Assembly: GCF_000143415.4 (NCBI RefSeq)
Contig: NW_003314304.1
Span: forward strand, 988,047 to 1,052,046
Direction: 5' to 3'
Source of the DNA: Selaginella moellendorffii
Taxonomy: Eukaryota; Plantae; Lycopodiophyta
DNA: 64,000 bases
In this document: positions 15,558 through 28,800 of the stretch, piece after piece
Position numbering within the stretch: the first letter of the stretch is position 1
Layout of the letters: each line of letters starts with the position of its first letter
Translations under genes and position numbers: made by a program
Notes under the pieces: generated by a model
Seen by the model: only the letters and a program-made list of their open reading frames with translations
Databases searched by the model: none
Told to the model about the DNA's origin: nothing

Positions 15558-17606
15558 ATGTCTCTGATCGTAGCTTTTCTCATCGCTTCGATCTTTGGCG
15601 CTGCTCTTGGAGAGTCAGAAGAGTCGGGAGCTCTCTTGGAGCTACGAGCTTGGTTGGTTTCTAGCGACGATTACTTTGCCAAGAGTTGGAGTAACGCTTC
15701 CACTCCCTGTGCATGGCCCGGAATAAAATGCTGGCCCGACGGTCTCGTCCGGGAGATCGAGCTCTCTAGTAGGAACCTGTCTGGCAAGCTTCCAATCCCC
15801 GATATCTTCTCACACTTTCCCCAGCTGGAAGCCTTGAGCATAGGTGACAATGCACTGTCGGGACCCTTCGTCCTCTTGTCTTCTTCTCTTGCTTCCTCGT
15901 CTCTTTCCTTGCCATTGTCACTGTTAAAGAGTCTCAATCTTAGTGGTAATTCTTTCACGGGGCCCATTTCCAGCGTCGTCCGCCCAGCAACCATGCCAAA
16001 GCTCCAAGCCTTGGATTTGTCCGGCAACTATTTCTCTGGTGAGCTTCCTCCGGACGTCTCCTCCATGTCCAACTTATCTTACGTCGATCTCGGTGGGAAC
16101 CTGTTAAGCGGCCACATTCCTCCACAGTTTGGTGAGTTGAGCAACCTTAAGTACCTCACGCTTGCGGCCAACCAGTTCACAGGATCCATCCCTCCAGAGC
16201 TCGGCCAGCTCGCCAACTTGGAGTGGCTCTACCTCGGCTACAACAGCCTCACCGGAAGCATACCATCTGCTCTTGGAAGCCTTGCCAGTCTCAAGCACCT
16301 GGATCTTGTCCACAACAATCTCACCGGAGCTATTCCAGAGTCACTGTCCCTCCTCGTCTCGCTGGACACGCTTTTCCTCTACAGTAACTCCTTGTCAGGG
16401 CCGATACCACCGCAGCTCGGACAGCTCTCGGGCCTCGTTTCGCTCGACCTCAGCATCAACTCTCTCTCGGGAGAAATCCCTGCGGAGCTCGGAGACTTGC
16501 TCGGCCTGGAGCTGCTCAATCTCTTCGGCAACCGGCTGACAGGATCCATTCCATCCTCCCTTGCTCGGCTACCACGTCTCAGGAACTTAGCGCTCTGGAA
16601 GAACGATCTCTCTGGCGATATTCCTGCCGAGCTAGGTACTTACGCTCCCAACCTCACCACCTTGGATCTCTCGAGCAACTCCTTCACCGGACAAATACCT
16701 CCATTCCTGTGCATGTCGTCCAGAACTTCCCAGCTACGCAGGCTCATCCTCTTTTCCAATCTTCTCTCGGGGCCCATCCCTGATAGTATTGCCACCAATT
16801 GCCTGTCGCTGGAAAGAATAAGGCTGGAAGACAATCTTCTCTCTGGATCACTTCCGGATACACTGACCTCCATGCCTCGTCTCACGTACCTCGACATATC
16901 TTCCAACGTTCTCACGGGACCTCTCAGCTTCTCGGTAAACTCTCCCCTCCAAGTTCTCTTCGTCCATCACAACCAGCTTTCCGGCCCCATACCCGAGACC
17001 GTCGGAAGAGCTACCAAGCTTGTGCGGCTCGACATGTCCCATAACTTTCTGTCCGGCAGGATTCCAAAGGAGCTCCAAGATATGTCCAGCTTGAGCGAGC
17101 TTGACGTAAGTGACAACCATCTCACTGGCCCGATTCCCAGCGAGATTTCCAACTGTCCAAGACTGGTAAGCTTGAGACTCCGCGGCAACCACCTCAGCGG
17201 CCATATCCCAGCGTCTCTGGCATCAGTGAGGCTGCTGGGATTGCTCGACATCTCCAGCAACCTGCTGACGGGAACCATTCCACCTCTCTTGACTGCCATG
17301 CCTTCGCTCATCTTTGCAAACTTCTCGGACAACCGTCTCACCGGACCCGTTCCGGACACCGGAGTCTTGTCCGCTTTAAGCCAGAGCTCCTTTCGAGGCA
17401 ATGCTGGCCTGTGCGGTCGAAAGGACCTGGGACTCAAGCCGTGCTGGAACTTTCTACTCTTCCACAAGCTGGCAATGGTGCTGTGGATCACCGGGGTGAT
17501 CACAGTGCTCGTCATATTCCTGCTGCTGTGCTTTGCAAGGATTAGCTACACAAAGAAGAAAAAAGTGTTTACACAGAAAGTCGCAGACGAAGCGGCTCTC
17601 CTCTAA
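15558..17606 (+). CDS. LRR receptor-like protein (signal peptide, ~20 plant LRRs, TM helix, short tail, no kinase)
   Basis: MSLIVAFL signal peptide, PCAWPGIKC N-cap, LxxLxLxxNxLSGxIP repeats, GNAGLCG C-cap, TM helix followed by KKKK, then a stop. Intronless. Confidence 0.9.
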   Translation: MSLIVAFLIASIFGAALGESEESGALLELRAWLVSSDDYFAKSWSNASTPCAWPGIKCWPDGLVREIELSSRNLSGKLPIPDIFSHFPQLEALSIGDNALSGPFVLLSSSLASSSLSLPLSLLKSLNLSGNSFTGPISSVVRPATMPKLQALDLSGNYFSGELPPDVSSMSNLSYVDLGGNLLSGHIPPQFGELSNLKYLTLAANQFTGSIPPELGQLANLEWLYLGYNSLTGSIPSALGSLASLKHLDLVHNNLTGAIPESLSLLVSLDTLFLYSNSLSGPIPPQLGQLSGLVSLDLSINSLSGEIPAELGDLLGLELLNLFGNRLTGSIPSSLARLPRLRNLALWKNDLSGDIPAELGTYAPNLTTLDLSSNSFTGQIPPFLCMSSRTSQLRRLILFSNLLSGPIPDSIATNCLSLERIRLEDNLLSGSLPDTLTSMPRLTYLDISSNVLTGPLSFSVNSPLQVLFVHHNQLSGPIPETVGRATKLVRLDMSHNFLSGRIPKELQDMSSLSELDVSDNHLTGPIPSEISNCPRLVSLRLRGNHLSGHIPASLASVRLLGLLDISSNLLTGTIPPLLTAMPSLIFANFSDNRLTGPVPDTGVLSALSQSSFRGNAGLCGRKDLGLKPCWNFLLFHKLAMVLWITGVITVLVIFLLLCFARISYTKKKKVFTQKVADEAALL

Positions 17607-17900
17607 AACATGGGCGACGAACGTCGAATGACCGACAGACGAGCAACGATACCTGTAAAATCATCTCGGCTTTATTAGATAGGTGAATAAACAAGATTCA
17701 ATAGAAAGAATAGAGATGCGTACAAGTCCTTTTGACGTGAGGAGCCTTGTCCCGTGATACCCCGGCCCCAGCCAACATAATGTTAGTTACAGATTTCGCG
17801 AGAAGATACACCTTGTAATTTACAGAAAGAGCAGCTGGAAGAAGTGTGACGCTTGAAAGAATGAAAACCTCGTACCTTCCATCATTTTTATCTTTCCTGT

Positions 17901-20900
17901 TTAGCTTTGCTCTCCAGCAACTGCGTTCTCGTAATCGCTTCGCCAGTAATTGACGTCGTTGAATTCGGAAGCTCCCTGTTTGTCCTCCGGCGGCACGGTG
18001 TTCTCCAAGTGCATCTCCTTTGGCTTTAGAGGCCCTGCCTCTCCGACAACCCCTTCCTTTAAAGCACTCTCCATTGCTTTCGCTGTTGCTCCTTCCTCTA
18101 CCCCGACAACTGTGTCAGGTTGAGCTTCTGTTCCGAGAGCCTCATCCTTTGCTGCTTCCTGTTTGGTCTCTTCCCCATCTAAAGTTGTTGATACGCCGCG
18201 CGATTGGTCGTCAAAGCAAACAATAAACGGGTTGTTCTCCCCGAAGTCATCCCTCTTGATAGCTTCGTCGGATATTTCGTAGCCTTGGAAGTTAGCCCAG
18301 TCTGCTGAAGACCTTGAAAAGTAATCCAGATTGAAGGCTGCGTTGTCTGTGCCTCCTACTCCATTTCTGTCACCCCATCCAGATGGCTCGTTTGCAGACG
18401 GCAACTCACTGTCCTCTCCAACCACAACCTCATCGTCACGGAAGCTCCTGCTTAGCGCACTCAATTGAGCATTGCTATTCCCAGCCGAAGAAGTGAGGTT
18501 ATCTGGCTCAACGTCCTGAAAATCAAACCATGTTGGAGCCCTGTCACACAAACACGTTAGCAAATACTCATACCGCAACCAAGGCAAGCTTGTAAGCTCG
18601 TACCTTTCTTGCTCATCGCTCAAGCGAATAGAAGAAATAACAACCTCGGCACTTTCATCGTCGAAATAAACGTCCTACAAAACAAAGTGCTCAGTGTTGA
18701 TGCATACAAGTTAAGTGCAAGCTTATACAAACCTCATCCTCCCTTCCGACAGGGCCGGAAATCTGCAGAGTAACAAGGGTGTTAGTTTACTACGTTTTAA
18801 AAAATTGCATCACCTCGTCAGGATCTTCGTCGTCAAATATCCCGTATCGAAATACTTCCCGTGTCAAATTGGTAGCCATTGCTGAGACGTCAAAGTCTCT
18901 CTCACGGAACTCCTCGTCATCACTTTCTACAGGCCGCTCCCTGATTGACGTTGGCCGCCTGGCACAAATCAAAATGAAAAAGAGAGCACCTAACAACGGA
19001 TCCTCTCTTACCCGCACGTCCACTGAAATACATTCTCTAGCATATTACGCTGCTGAAGAACAGTGCTCTGCCATTGAGACCACCTGGGATGCGACTGTAA
19101 AATAGACGTAGTATAAGGATAAGAATACAGCAGCTACACAAGATTCATACTTGAAGGTAACCCTGCAACCGTGGATTAGAATTTTCCGTCTGTACAAGCC
19201 TATTAGCAATACGAGTAAGGTGACCCATGTTCCCAACTTTAGGTGGAGGCTTTTTTTTCGATACGCTCTGAAATTAAAAAGAAGTCAATACCACTAGGTC
19301 GGATTGAACTGAGTTACCTCTGGTCGCGTATCGTGCGCATATTGATTTTCATCTGTTGCCAACAACCGTGACAGGAAGTCACAGTCCCCAAACAAATTGT
19401 CTGTCAGACCACCGTCTTCTATGCATGAGGTAATGATTGCTTCAACGTGAGTATGTAGCATGTTGTTAAAAGGATAGCTGCCATTACAAGTATATCAGAA
19501 AAGAATTTTGCAGTTTTGCCACCATACGTACTCGAAAAAGAACCCAAGAATCGTTTGTAATGCTTGCAACCGAATTAACTCTTGACGAGCAGCTTCGCTT
19601 TGCGTTCTTAGCAGGACAGCAACAAATTCTACAATCTGCTCGTGCGTTAGACGAGAAAGTAGAAAAGTAAAGAACAGCATCAGATACCTTAAGGCGATGT
19701 ATACCAAAAGGAGGCCTTAATTCACCGTAAGTAGTTGGGAGCCTCTTGGTGTCGTCGACAATGTCCAACAAACGTAGCAAACTTCCTGTGCATAATAAAA
19801 ATTGCGCTCATTAGCCTCATCCAGAAAGCCAATCAGGAAGCACACCTAGACTTTGAAGCATCCCTTCAACCGTCTCCGGGCTTGCTACGGGCATTTCAGC
19901 CGGTGGACGAGATCTTAGACCAGCCGACGACGCGCGCTTTGGATCCAATAATGAAATGCAAACAGAGAGAGAATGAATCAAAGCTGATTTTGATTCTTGA
20001 TCCTCCAATGCGAGATTAAAGAGTTTAGCCACAAACCTGCAAGAACGCTGCAAATAAGATATACCACAAATATAACTCCCTACCGTGGGCTGGCCAGTTT
20101 CGAACCCAGAGCAGAGGGTCCACTGTAATTGCCGTAGTGGTCAGATGGAACAGAACGACTTATAGCTGCTAGCGTCTCTGCCGCGTTCGCATGTACTTCA
20201 GAAGGATACTACAAAACAAACGACTTTTAGAAGGAAAACTTAAGACCGGAAAGAACTTACTTGCGGGTTAAGCTTATCCACCAGCATCTCCAAAATATCA
20301 GTTTCCTCTGCTAGCCATTGCAAGGATTCAACGTGATATGCAATCACGTGATCACTAACCTCCACGAGCCTCATTAGGACCTAGTAATTTCTTAAGCTTT
20401 ACAAAAAGGAAACGAAGCTAGAAATAGGCAAATGGAAAACGTACCTCTTTGATTGAGGTGATCCCAATCAAGTCAACAAGGTTTTTCAGGAGATCTTTAT
20501 GTCCCTTCAATGAGAACAAACACGGCAGGATAAATGGAAGTTCAGAGTTCACTTTGTGCACCTACTTGCAAATAGCGGATGATTGCTGCATGCTCTCGAA
20601 TCAACAAGCAAATCACGACCTGCCAAACCACTTTAAAGGATCAGATAAGTAAACGTTGACTATCAAGCACACCTGCCTTGCTAAAATAACCGGCTAACAG
20701 CGTTCCATGTTTCCAGGAAGGATCCAAGAAAGAAAATAAGAATCCAAGGAGCTGCGAAAAAAGCCAGCAAGGTATCAGCACGCAAAAACCGCACAAAAAG
20801 TCCAAGAACCGAGAATACCTCTTCATCTTCCACGAGTGTCTTCAGGATATCTTGAACTTCACACGTGATGACTTGACAGGAGATGAATGGGAACCTGAAA

Positions 20901-21333
20901 AGCAAGAGGAAACACATGAATCCGAGAGCTCATACACTTTTCACATGGACGAGAGTTTACAAACTTGAAAGCCCGTTCACTGGATGCTCCTTCGGGAGCT
21001 TCCTCCACAATGTAGCGGATCATTTGCTGGACTTGAGCCTTTCCTCTTAAACTGTGCCAATCCAAAGAGAAAAAAAAGGGGGGGAAACACATCAGAATTC
21101 TCTGCTTTGACAGATCCAAAACCATGCACTCACAAGTTTACGAGCCTGTAGTTCGTGGATTTGCACTCCTGAATTATCTGCTCTTCGTCCAGGAGCTCCT
21201 CGAGCGTGTAGCCGCTCTTGTCCAGTATGGACTCGATCTGGCAGCACAAAACAGTATCAACTCAATGCCAAAAGCAAAGATTGGTTCCACATACCGGCGA
21301 TGTGGCGGCCATTTTCCAGAAGACCCCTGCCAT
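17901..21333 (-). CDS. SIT4-phosphatase-associated (SAPS) family PP6 regulatory subunit (multi-exon)
   Basis: MAGVFWKMAATSP / IESILDKSGYTLEELLDEEQIIQECK, FPFISCQVITCEV, LLAGYFSK, LPTTYGELRPPFGIHRLK, and C-terminal EFNDVNYWR. Confidence 0.9.
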
Positions 21334-22011
21334 TGTTGACAGGATCTGCGCCACGGGTGACAGCTTATCGCGCAACAATCTGCTCTCTCCCAGATCTCAC
21401 GCTGCTGCTATAAACCCTAAGCGCCCGAGCAGCACTGACCTCAAATGCGCAATGCAATCGCTGACCGGCGCTCCCGGGGGCCCGAATCCAGCTCCGGCAA
21501 TCCACACGCACCGATTCTAGTGCGCACTGCTGCGAATCCAGTGAAATTCCCTCTGGGCGGGCGGAATTCGTCGCCCGGAGCACACACGCGAAGCAAACCC
21601 TACCTAGTGTGCCAGTTTCCTGAAGATTCTTTGCATATACTATTTTCTATTTTACTAAAACTTTGGATGTTAAGGGATCACCGTTGGATCCAGGGTGTTA
21701 AAGAAAAATTAGGGCCTCGTCTTCGCGATGGCAGCTATGGCGAATGCCGGCGCTATGGCGGAGCGCAATGCCGGCGCTGTCGCATTTTATCCATTCTTTC
21801 TTTCTCCAAAAGAATAGGAATCTCTCTCGCTAGCATTGCGATCGACATAAACTATACATATGCTTGAGGTCAGAAAACTCTTCTTTTCTTGTGTTCTTAG
21901 ATCTTATTTCCTTCCTTGTGCTTTGAAGTTGGAGCTCCAAAGGAAGGTCACAAGAGATAGAATCAAAACTAAAGAGCATCGGCCTCTAGAACAAACTATC
22001 GAAAATTTTCG

Positions 22012-23757
22012 TCAATCAGGCAAGCTACTGCGGCCTTTCTTCCATGCAAATGCCATTCCTCCCTGACGATTCTTATGCAAATTTGCCAGCAGCACGTAAG
22101 CTCCTGGAGAATCCCGCTTGCACACGTCCAAGTTCTCGACCACCGTGTTGCCGGCCTCCACCGAGCTTCTGAGGTAGCTCCTCCACTCGACTCCATCGGC
22201 ATCAAACGGCATGATTTGGATCAACTCTCGGGCCTCGGCCAGAAATCCCGTCCGGCACAGCAGATCGACGAAGCAGTTGTAGTGCTGCTTGAGCGGCTGC
22301 AGTCCGTAGTCCATAGCCATGGAGACGAAGCAAGACCAGCCTGTTTGGACTCTCCCCAGGTGGCTACACGCGAGCAGGATGCTGAGAAACGATGCTCCAT
22401 CCGGCGGAACCTTGAGACCCAGCAACACCATCGTGAAGAAGAGCTCGAGAACTTGGGTGGAGTGACCATTCTGGGCATACGCAGCCAGCATCGCGTTCCA
22501 GAGCACGAAGTCGTCCTGCTCAGGTGCTGAAAGGAAGACCCGCTCTCCACCTCGGACGTTCCCCAGCAGTGCGTACGAGCTCAGCATGGACGTCCTCACG
22601 ACCGCGTCACAGGCCGGGATGGAATCAAATACCGACTTTGCCGCTTCTAGATGACCGTCCTGGGCATACCCGATCAAGAGAGCAGTGCTGGCCATGGTGT
22701 CTAGAGCCACTCCCGATGACTCTAGAAAGCTGAGACTGTATCCGCTTCGGGCGTAGAGGGAGATGAGCGCTGTGATCGCCACCGAGTTCCACTCCGGCAT
22801 CTTGTCAAACTCATGCTTGGCTTCCTCCAGGCGATCGTTGAGAGTGAAGACGCACAGCATCGACGTCCGCGACACCAGGTTGTGCTCGGGCATGGAGTCG
22901 AACAGCTGCTGGGCCTGGTTGACGAGCCGGTTCTTCGAGTAGACGGTGATCATCGTGGTACAGGAGATCACGTTGAGCTCAGGCATGGAGTGGTAGTGCT
23001 TGAGAGCTTGTTCGAGATGCCCCTCCTGGGCATAGACCGCAAGGAGAGCCGAGCAGGATATGATGTCTCTTTCCTCCATCGACTTAAACACGAAGCTCGC
23101 GTTTCGGAGATCGCCACTATCCTCGTATGCCCCCAGCATTGCCGTGCATGAGATGAGGTCCCTCACCGGCATCGAATCAAACAGGTCCTTGGTGTTGAAC
23201 AGATGGTTCCTCTGGGCATACGCCCCAAGCAAGGTGGTCCAAGTAACTACGTCCCGCGCTGGCATTGTCTCGAAGAGCTTCCGTGCCTCTAGCAGCCTAT
23301 GATCCTGTCTTTCGTTGACAAGCACGGCCAGGAATGCGTTCCACGACGCCAAGTCACGCTGCTTCATGCTCCAAAACACTCCCCGTGCCTTCTCCAGTTG
23401 CCCGTTCTGGGCATATCCGACCAGCATCGCCGTGCAAGCCACCGAGTTCCACTCGGGCATCCCGTTGAAGACGCTGGCGGCCTCGTCCAGGCGACCGTTC
23501 GCGGCATACGCACCGAGCAGCGAAACCCACGAGAAGAAGTTCTTCTCCGGGATGGAGTCGAAGACCCTGCGAGCATGCTCGACGCTGCCACACCTCCCAT
23601 ATCTCTGGACGAGCATGTTGGAGACGAACACGTCCAGCGGTAGTAAATGCCGAGCTTTGGAGTGAGCCTCCTCCACCATGGCCACTGTCCTGGACGATCT
23701 TATCAGCTGTAAGCATGCCTCCCGGTCCAACGCTCTGCTGCTGCTGCTAGTTACCAT
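22012..23757 (-). CDS. PLS-class PPR protein with short E-type extension, no DYW domain
   Basis: 581-aa intronless ORF of 31-aa S-type repeats (SWxxxLxAYAQNG..F..MP), ending HYNCFVDLLCRTG...MPF...W...YVLLAN. Confidence 0.92.
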   Translation of the reverse strand: MVTSSSSRALDREACLQLIRSSRTVAMVEEAHSKARHLLPLDVFVSNMLVQRYGRCGSVEHARRVFDSIPEKNFFSWVSLLGAYAANGRLDEAASVFNGMPEWNSVACTAMLVGYAQNGQLEKARGVFWSMKQRDLASWNAFLAVLVNERQDHRLLEARKLFETMPARDVVTWTTLLGAYAQRNHLFNTKDLFDSMPVRDLISCTAMLGAYEDSGDLRNASFVFKSMEERDIISCSALLAVYAQEGHLEQALKHYHSMPELNVISCTTMITVYSKNRLVNQAQQLFDSMPEHNLVSRTSMLCVFTLNDRLEEAKHEFDKMPEWNSVAITALISLYARSGYSLSFLESSGVALDTMASTALLIGYAQDGHLEAAKSVFDSIPACDAVVRTSMLSSYALLGNVRGGERVFLSAPEQDDFVLWNAMLAAYAQNGHSTQVLELFFTMVLLGLKVPPDGASFLSILLACSHLGRVQTGWSCFVSMAMDYGLQPLKQHYNCFVDLLCRTGFLAEARELIQIMPFDADGVEWRSYLRSSVEAGNTVVENLDVCKRDSPGAYVLLANLHKNRQGGMAFAWKKGRSSLPD

Positions 23758-23875
23758 CTCGATCGAGACGGCATTTGATGTTCTTGAATCTTGTTGTCAC
23801 GTTTAAATTACGTCCAGCATAGTCCTTCCTCGACTGACGATTTCCCGTTCCTTTCGGCCACGGGCTCAATGCTTC

Positions 23876-25887
23876 TTAAGTTCCATGAATGAGACGGCCC
23901 CCTCGGACGTGATCATTAATGCCTGGTTCGTTCACGTGTCGCTGCTGCTGCTGCTGCTGCGGTGAAGATGCAAACGCATTACTACTGTCCATCAAGCCAT
24001 AGATTTGATGCTGCTGTCCATCCAAACCTCCTGCTGCCCGCAAAGTATCGTAAGACTGGAGCTGCTGACTTTGGTCTCCACCACCACCACCCGCATTTGT
24101 TGCCGTGAAAGCCCAACCACGACTCTGACTGTCCAAAGGAGGGGACGACTGCAAAACGTTGTGAAGGGACGACCGTGACGAACTGCTACTGCCAGCCGAA
24201 GCACCTGTACTGTTCGCCGTGACGCCGAAGCCAGCTAACGACGCTGAAATGCTGCCGCTGTTCTTCGGCTCTGGCGGAGGTTTCAGCCACGAAGATATCG
24301 ATATCCCGCTGCTGTTGACATGATCATGCCCGTCGACATCAACCACGCTCGAGTGCTGCTGTCCACCTGAGCTGCCAGCTGCTGCTGCTGCTGCCGGCGA
24401 TGAGAGAGATAAGCTCGCCCCTTTGGCGAGAAGATCGTAGCCGGCGGGTGCCTCCTCCGTGTTCTTGGGGGACAAGGCCGAGAGCAAGGCCTGGGTGTTG
24501 CCCGGTGGCCGGTCACTTAACAGAGCAGAGTGAGCACCACTTGCGTCCTCGGGCTTACTAGCTGTTGCTGATACGCGCGGAGACCGTAACTGTAGGCTGT
24601 CACCCGACCCTGCGGTCTTGCTGTCCGAGTGCTCTTGCGAGGATGTCGGAGAAGTGGGGAGCTTTTCGTCGGCTGTTGCTGGAACACGAACAATAACAAG
24701 TAAAAAGCTTGAACTTTTGAGAAACTTGTCCGACTGTTGGTGAGAGAGGGGAGCGAGAGAGAGAGAGAGAGAGAGAGAAAGAAGCAACTTTATGAGTCCG
24801 TACCTTCCTCCTCCTTTGGCACCGCTGCTGAAGAGACAACGGGCTGAGGCTTCCTCCTTCGTCTGTTGTGGTCAGCCAACCGCTTCCTGCAACTTCGTTT
24901 CCCCTCGTCAAACTCGCTGAGCGGATGAAATCTGGAGGAAACAAGCTGGCATGATCAGGAAGAGAAGAGATCTGCTAAGAGTTACCGGCTGCATTGTTGG
25001 CAGAAGCGTTGGGTCTGCCCGTTTGCAGTGACAGTAGCCGCCTTGGAATGCAATTCGCACACTTTGTGTCGACGGTGATAGTGCTTTGCTCCACTCAAAT
25101 CGGCCTTGCATCCTTCCGCCTGACACAGTGGTACTTGAGCTCCCGGGGAATTTGCTCGGGGCCTTTTCCCCAGCCTCGCTAGCGTGTCTTCCGTCGAGAA
25201 GTACGTCCTCACACCCAGATTCAGCCCGATTCGAGCGTTGGCCTCCGCTGTTGCGTAGAAATCCTCCCTTTTCATGCCGTCGGCGAAGTTCCTGGGATCC
25301 ATCTCCAGCAGCCCATACAGTCGTCTCCGCTGCTCTTGAAACAACCTTGGATCGTGGCCGCTTCCCGGAACAAAACTTCCACTCATGTTTGCGAAAGGAA
25401 GAACCGCTGCTGCCACACCTGGAAAGCCTTGCGATCCATACGGTAGTGGCTGAGCGGCCTCTAGAGCTTCTCCCTGTCCCCCGACTCCTCCAAGTCCTCG
25501 AAAGTCTAGAGTTGAGATCCCGTGACTTCCTGGCATGAAAGGCTGCTGGTGTGGCTGGAATAGACCATGAGCAACGTTGGTAACGCTGTGGAGGCTCCCA
25601 GAGGAAGACTGTAAGATCGGCTTGAGAAAACCAGGAACTAGCTGAGACATCTTTGATCGTTCTCCAGCGTCATGGACGCTATCAGTGGCGGCCATATTTT
25701 GAGCTGCAAGCTGCTGATAATTCTCCCACTCCCACTCCGATGGACGATGAGCCCCTGGATGCCTTGAACTTAGAGAGTCACTGCCGCCGACTATGACGCT
25801 TGATCCACCACCACCACCACCACCGGTCTGGAGTTCCCAGTTCTCAGCTGTCCAATGCAGGTCACTGGGCTGCAAATACTGATTCAT
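23876..25887 (-). CDS. SPL: SBP-box (SPL) transcription factor, SPL8-like clade (3 exons)
   Basis: [29 protein letters not shown]...QRFCQQCSR | [27 protein letters not shown], preceded by [12 protein letters not shown]. Confidence 0.93.
24518..24537 (-). promoter_or_regulatory. Degenerate miR156-complementary site in SPL exon 3
   Basis: + strand TAACAGAGCAGAGTGAGCAC versus miR156 TGACAGAAGAGAGTGAGCAC: 17/20 identical. Confidence 0.5.
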
Positions 25888-28800
25888 CGCAGCTCATGCT
25901 CGAGACACGATGAGAAAATCTTCCCGACAAAGATTGTATGTCGATGTCTCCAAGAGATCAAGCTCGATATATCTCTCGACGAAAACGTGAGCGTTTGGAA
26001 ATCCTATCTCGCTCCCTGCGGCAAGGATGACAGAGGTCAGTTACGCATGAATGTCCCCTTTAGTTTATAGGTAGTCCTTTTTTTTCTCTTCTTTCCAGCT
26101 CATTCTTCCGCAAGAGAGATTGTGAATATCGTGCCCCGGTCAAAAGGAAAGAAAACGAGACAAGAAGCTCTCCAATCTCGCCGATCCAGAGATTTTCAAC
26201 AATAGATGAAAGAAAGAACTCTCCCTCTAAGACGGATTATCAAGAAAGCCACCGCATTTCGAGAACGAAGGATTTCGTGGAGAGAGTGAGCTGACCTTGA
26301 ATCCTCCTCCTGCACACACTGGACTGGATGGATTTGGATCGTCCTGGTGAGCGCCGCGAAAATCCGCCGCTCTTGTACTGCTATCGACCGTCCCTTACGG
26401 CGCCACAGCCAAGGGAGCGACACAAGGGTATCATCGGAAAAAGGAGACGATGAGAAAAACTAGAAGAGAGGAGGCTAGGGGCCTAGAAGAAAGAACTCTC
26501 GGAATGCGCCAGGTGATTAACGGCCAGATGTACACCGATGCGGCGGAATGCCCGGGCGATTCCAACGGCCAGAGATACGCGCCAAAATCTGAAATGGACG
26601 GGGTTTAAACGTGGCTGTGGGAGCTGACCGTCGATGCTCCAGCGGATCTAACGGAACGGACACAATCATGCCAAATAGACACGCTCATTACATGAATGAA
26701 TGAGTGACAGGAAAGAAACAAAATGATAGCATCACCCACACACATCCAAAGTTTTTACCTCGTTTCTAGTTTGACTTTTAAACTCCCTCCTTTATTATTT
26801 CCATTTCCACTGGTTAAAAAAGAAATTCCAATCTCAATCACGAACATTGACAAGACAAACAATGCTTGATCCCAGCTTTCCCCAGCTATTAAATTAGGGT
26901 TCTTCAGTTGGGTATATTTGTCGGATCCAAACTTTTGGTGCAATCCATGATAGTCATCACTCGAGCCTTTAAACAAGAGGGCAATGTGATGCCCGCGTTG
27001 GGCAAATGCAAGGAAATTGGTAAACAAACAAGCCCGAGGCGGGCTCAAAATCAAGCACACAGGGTCCCATGCACAACTTTGTATGAAGCTGTGCAGCCAT
27101 GATTGCCCTAAAGAAAAGAAAAACGTGTGTTGATCCACGCAACAAGCAACAATGCCAACAAAACTAAAGAAAAAGGGATTATCCCAACTTACGCCAACTT
27201 TTTAAAGCCCGGAACCGTGAAAGCTTGAATGGAATCGAATTCAAGTGTTCTTCTAGAAACCCTGTGAGAGACGTAGACCTGTCAATCAAATGCACAGATA
27301 TCTCAATGGTCAAGATTTGCGCGTCAAGAAACACCTTCACACCACTTTCGTCTGGGAATGAAAACGGGCCACCACTTTGACAATTTCGAGAATGCCCGAT
27401 TCAATGGACTAGTCGCTCGTGAAAACAAAATCCAAACCAATAACGAGATAACAACGAAACCGCCCGTCCCAAAGAAAAGCTCGATTGAGATGTTTGCGTC
27501 CAATTTTCTTCCTGTCTATACAAGCTCTCAGACCCCACTCTTCCAAAAAACTAAAGGCAAAAGGGAGCCTCCACAAACTGATTGGACGGCGAGAGCATAT
27601 TCCCGCGCGCATATTCTAGCTACGAACAAAACCGCCAACCGTGCATGCAATGGCGTAAGAGGTTGTACTTAGAAACCTTTTAACGTTCCAAAACTAGTAA
27701 AAACACGCCCGACGGCGTACTGCCAAGCCACAAAGTTACGGCAGTAAAATCATCTAGACGCTTTCCCCTGGAGTTTGATCCGGATTTTACCCCCGTCCGT
27801 AGAGACAGGCCATTGCGCCTCGTGTACGGTGTTGTATAATGCTCCTGGAAAGCTCTCCCTCTATACGGCGAAGACAAGTCTAAAGACGGGTATCGCAAAG
27901 CAACAAGAAAACCATGGATTCGTTCGGTGCAAAAAAGAGTACTTCTTACTATTTTTTTTCTATATCTTTTTAAATACACTGAAATGTCAACATTGCTACA
28001 GAGCGCTGCAGCTGCTTTCTCAACACCCAAGGGATGAATTGATAGAGAATCGACTGGATTCCTTCCAGCCCTCACTCTTGTTTTTAACTCTTTCCTTGGT
28101 CTTTCTTTCTTTTCTTCGTGTTGTATAGAGATGAGATCATTCACTGATCCTTGTGTTTTTTTGTGCCTCTCTACGCTCGCTCCATCGATCGATTCTTCGC
28201 AATCTAAGCCATTGCCGCCAGGCGGCGCCGCTCCTCCAATCCCCAGTGCCGCGAAATAAACTAAGCATTGTTGTCTGCGGTGCTGCATTCGAGGAACTAG
28301 ACAATGGCCACTCCTTCGAGTACGACAGTGGCGTCCGTACTGGGCTTTTGCCCCACACCCCACACAAGATGTGTGCAGCGCAGCACAAGCACTGGCAGGC
28401 ACACTCGCGAGACAATTTTCGCACAGTCGTGACACACACAACAAGCCTGGCCACTGGCCCCTCTGACCCACACTATATACAACACACACACACACACCAC
28501 CACCACCACCTCTTTCTTTCTACGTAGGGCGACTTTATACAACTAGGCTAGCTGCGGTGTTTCATTATTTTATAAAGTTTATATTAGAAAAAGTAAAAAA
28601 GGTGATGATAATTCTTTAGAATAGTGCACTCACGTAAGAGAGAGAGAGATGATAGATAAAACATGAAATTAACAACCAATAAAAAAGCTTTGCCTTAACT
28701 CAGTGCCTAAATTGGTGTATCTTTCGTTACGAAATTGCCATTTAGTTGAAAAGAGATAGCAGCTTTTACCTTAATGTAGAGCCTTTTACATTTGGACCAT

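Noticed and set aside
27680-28495. 271-aa ORF upstream of SPL
   Set aside because: It starts in a (CA)n tract and has no recognisable domain or coding character. More likely regulatory DNA.
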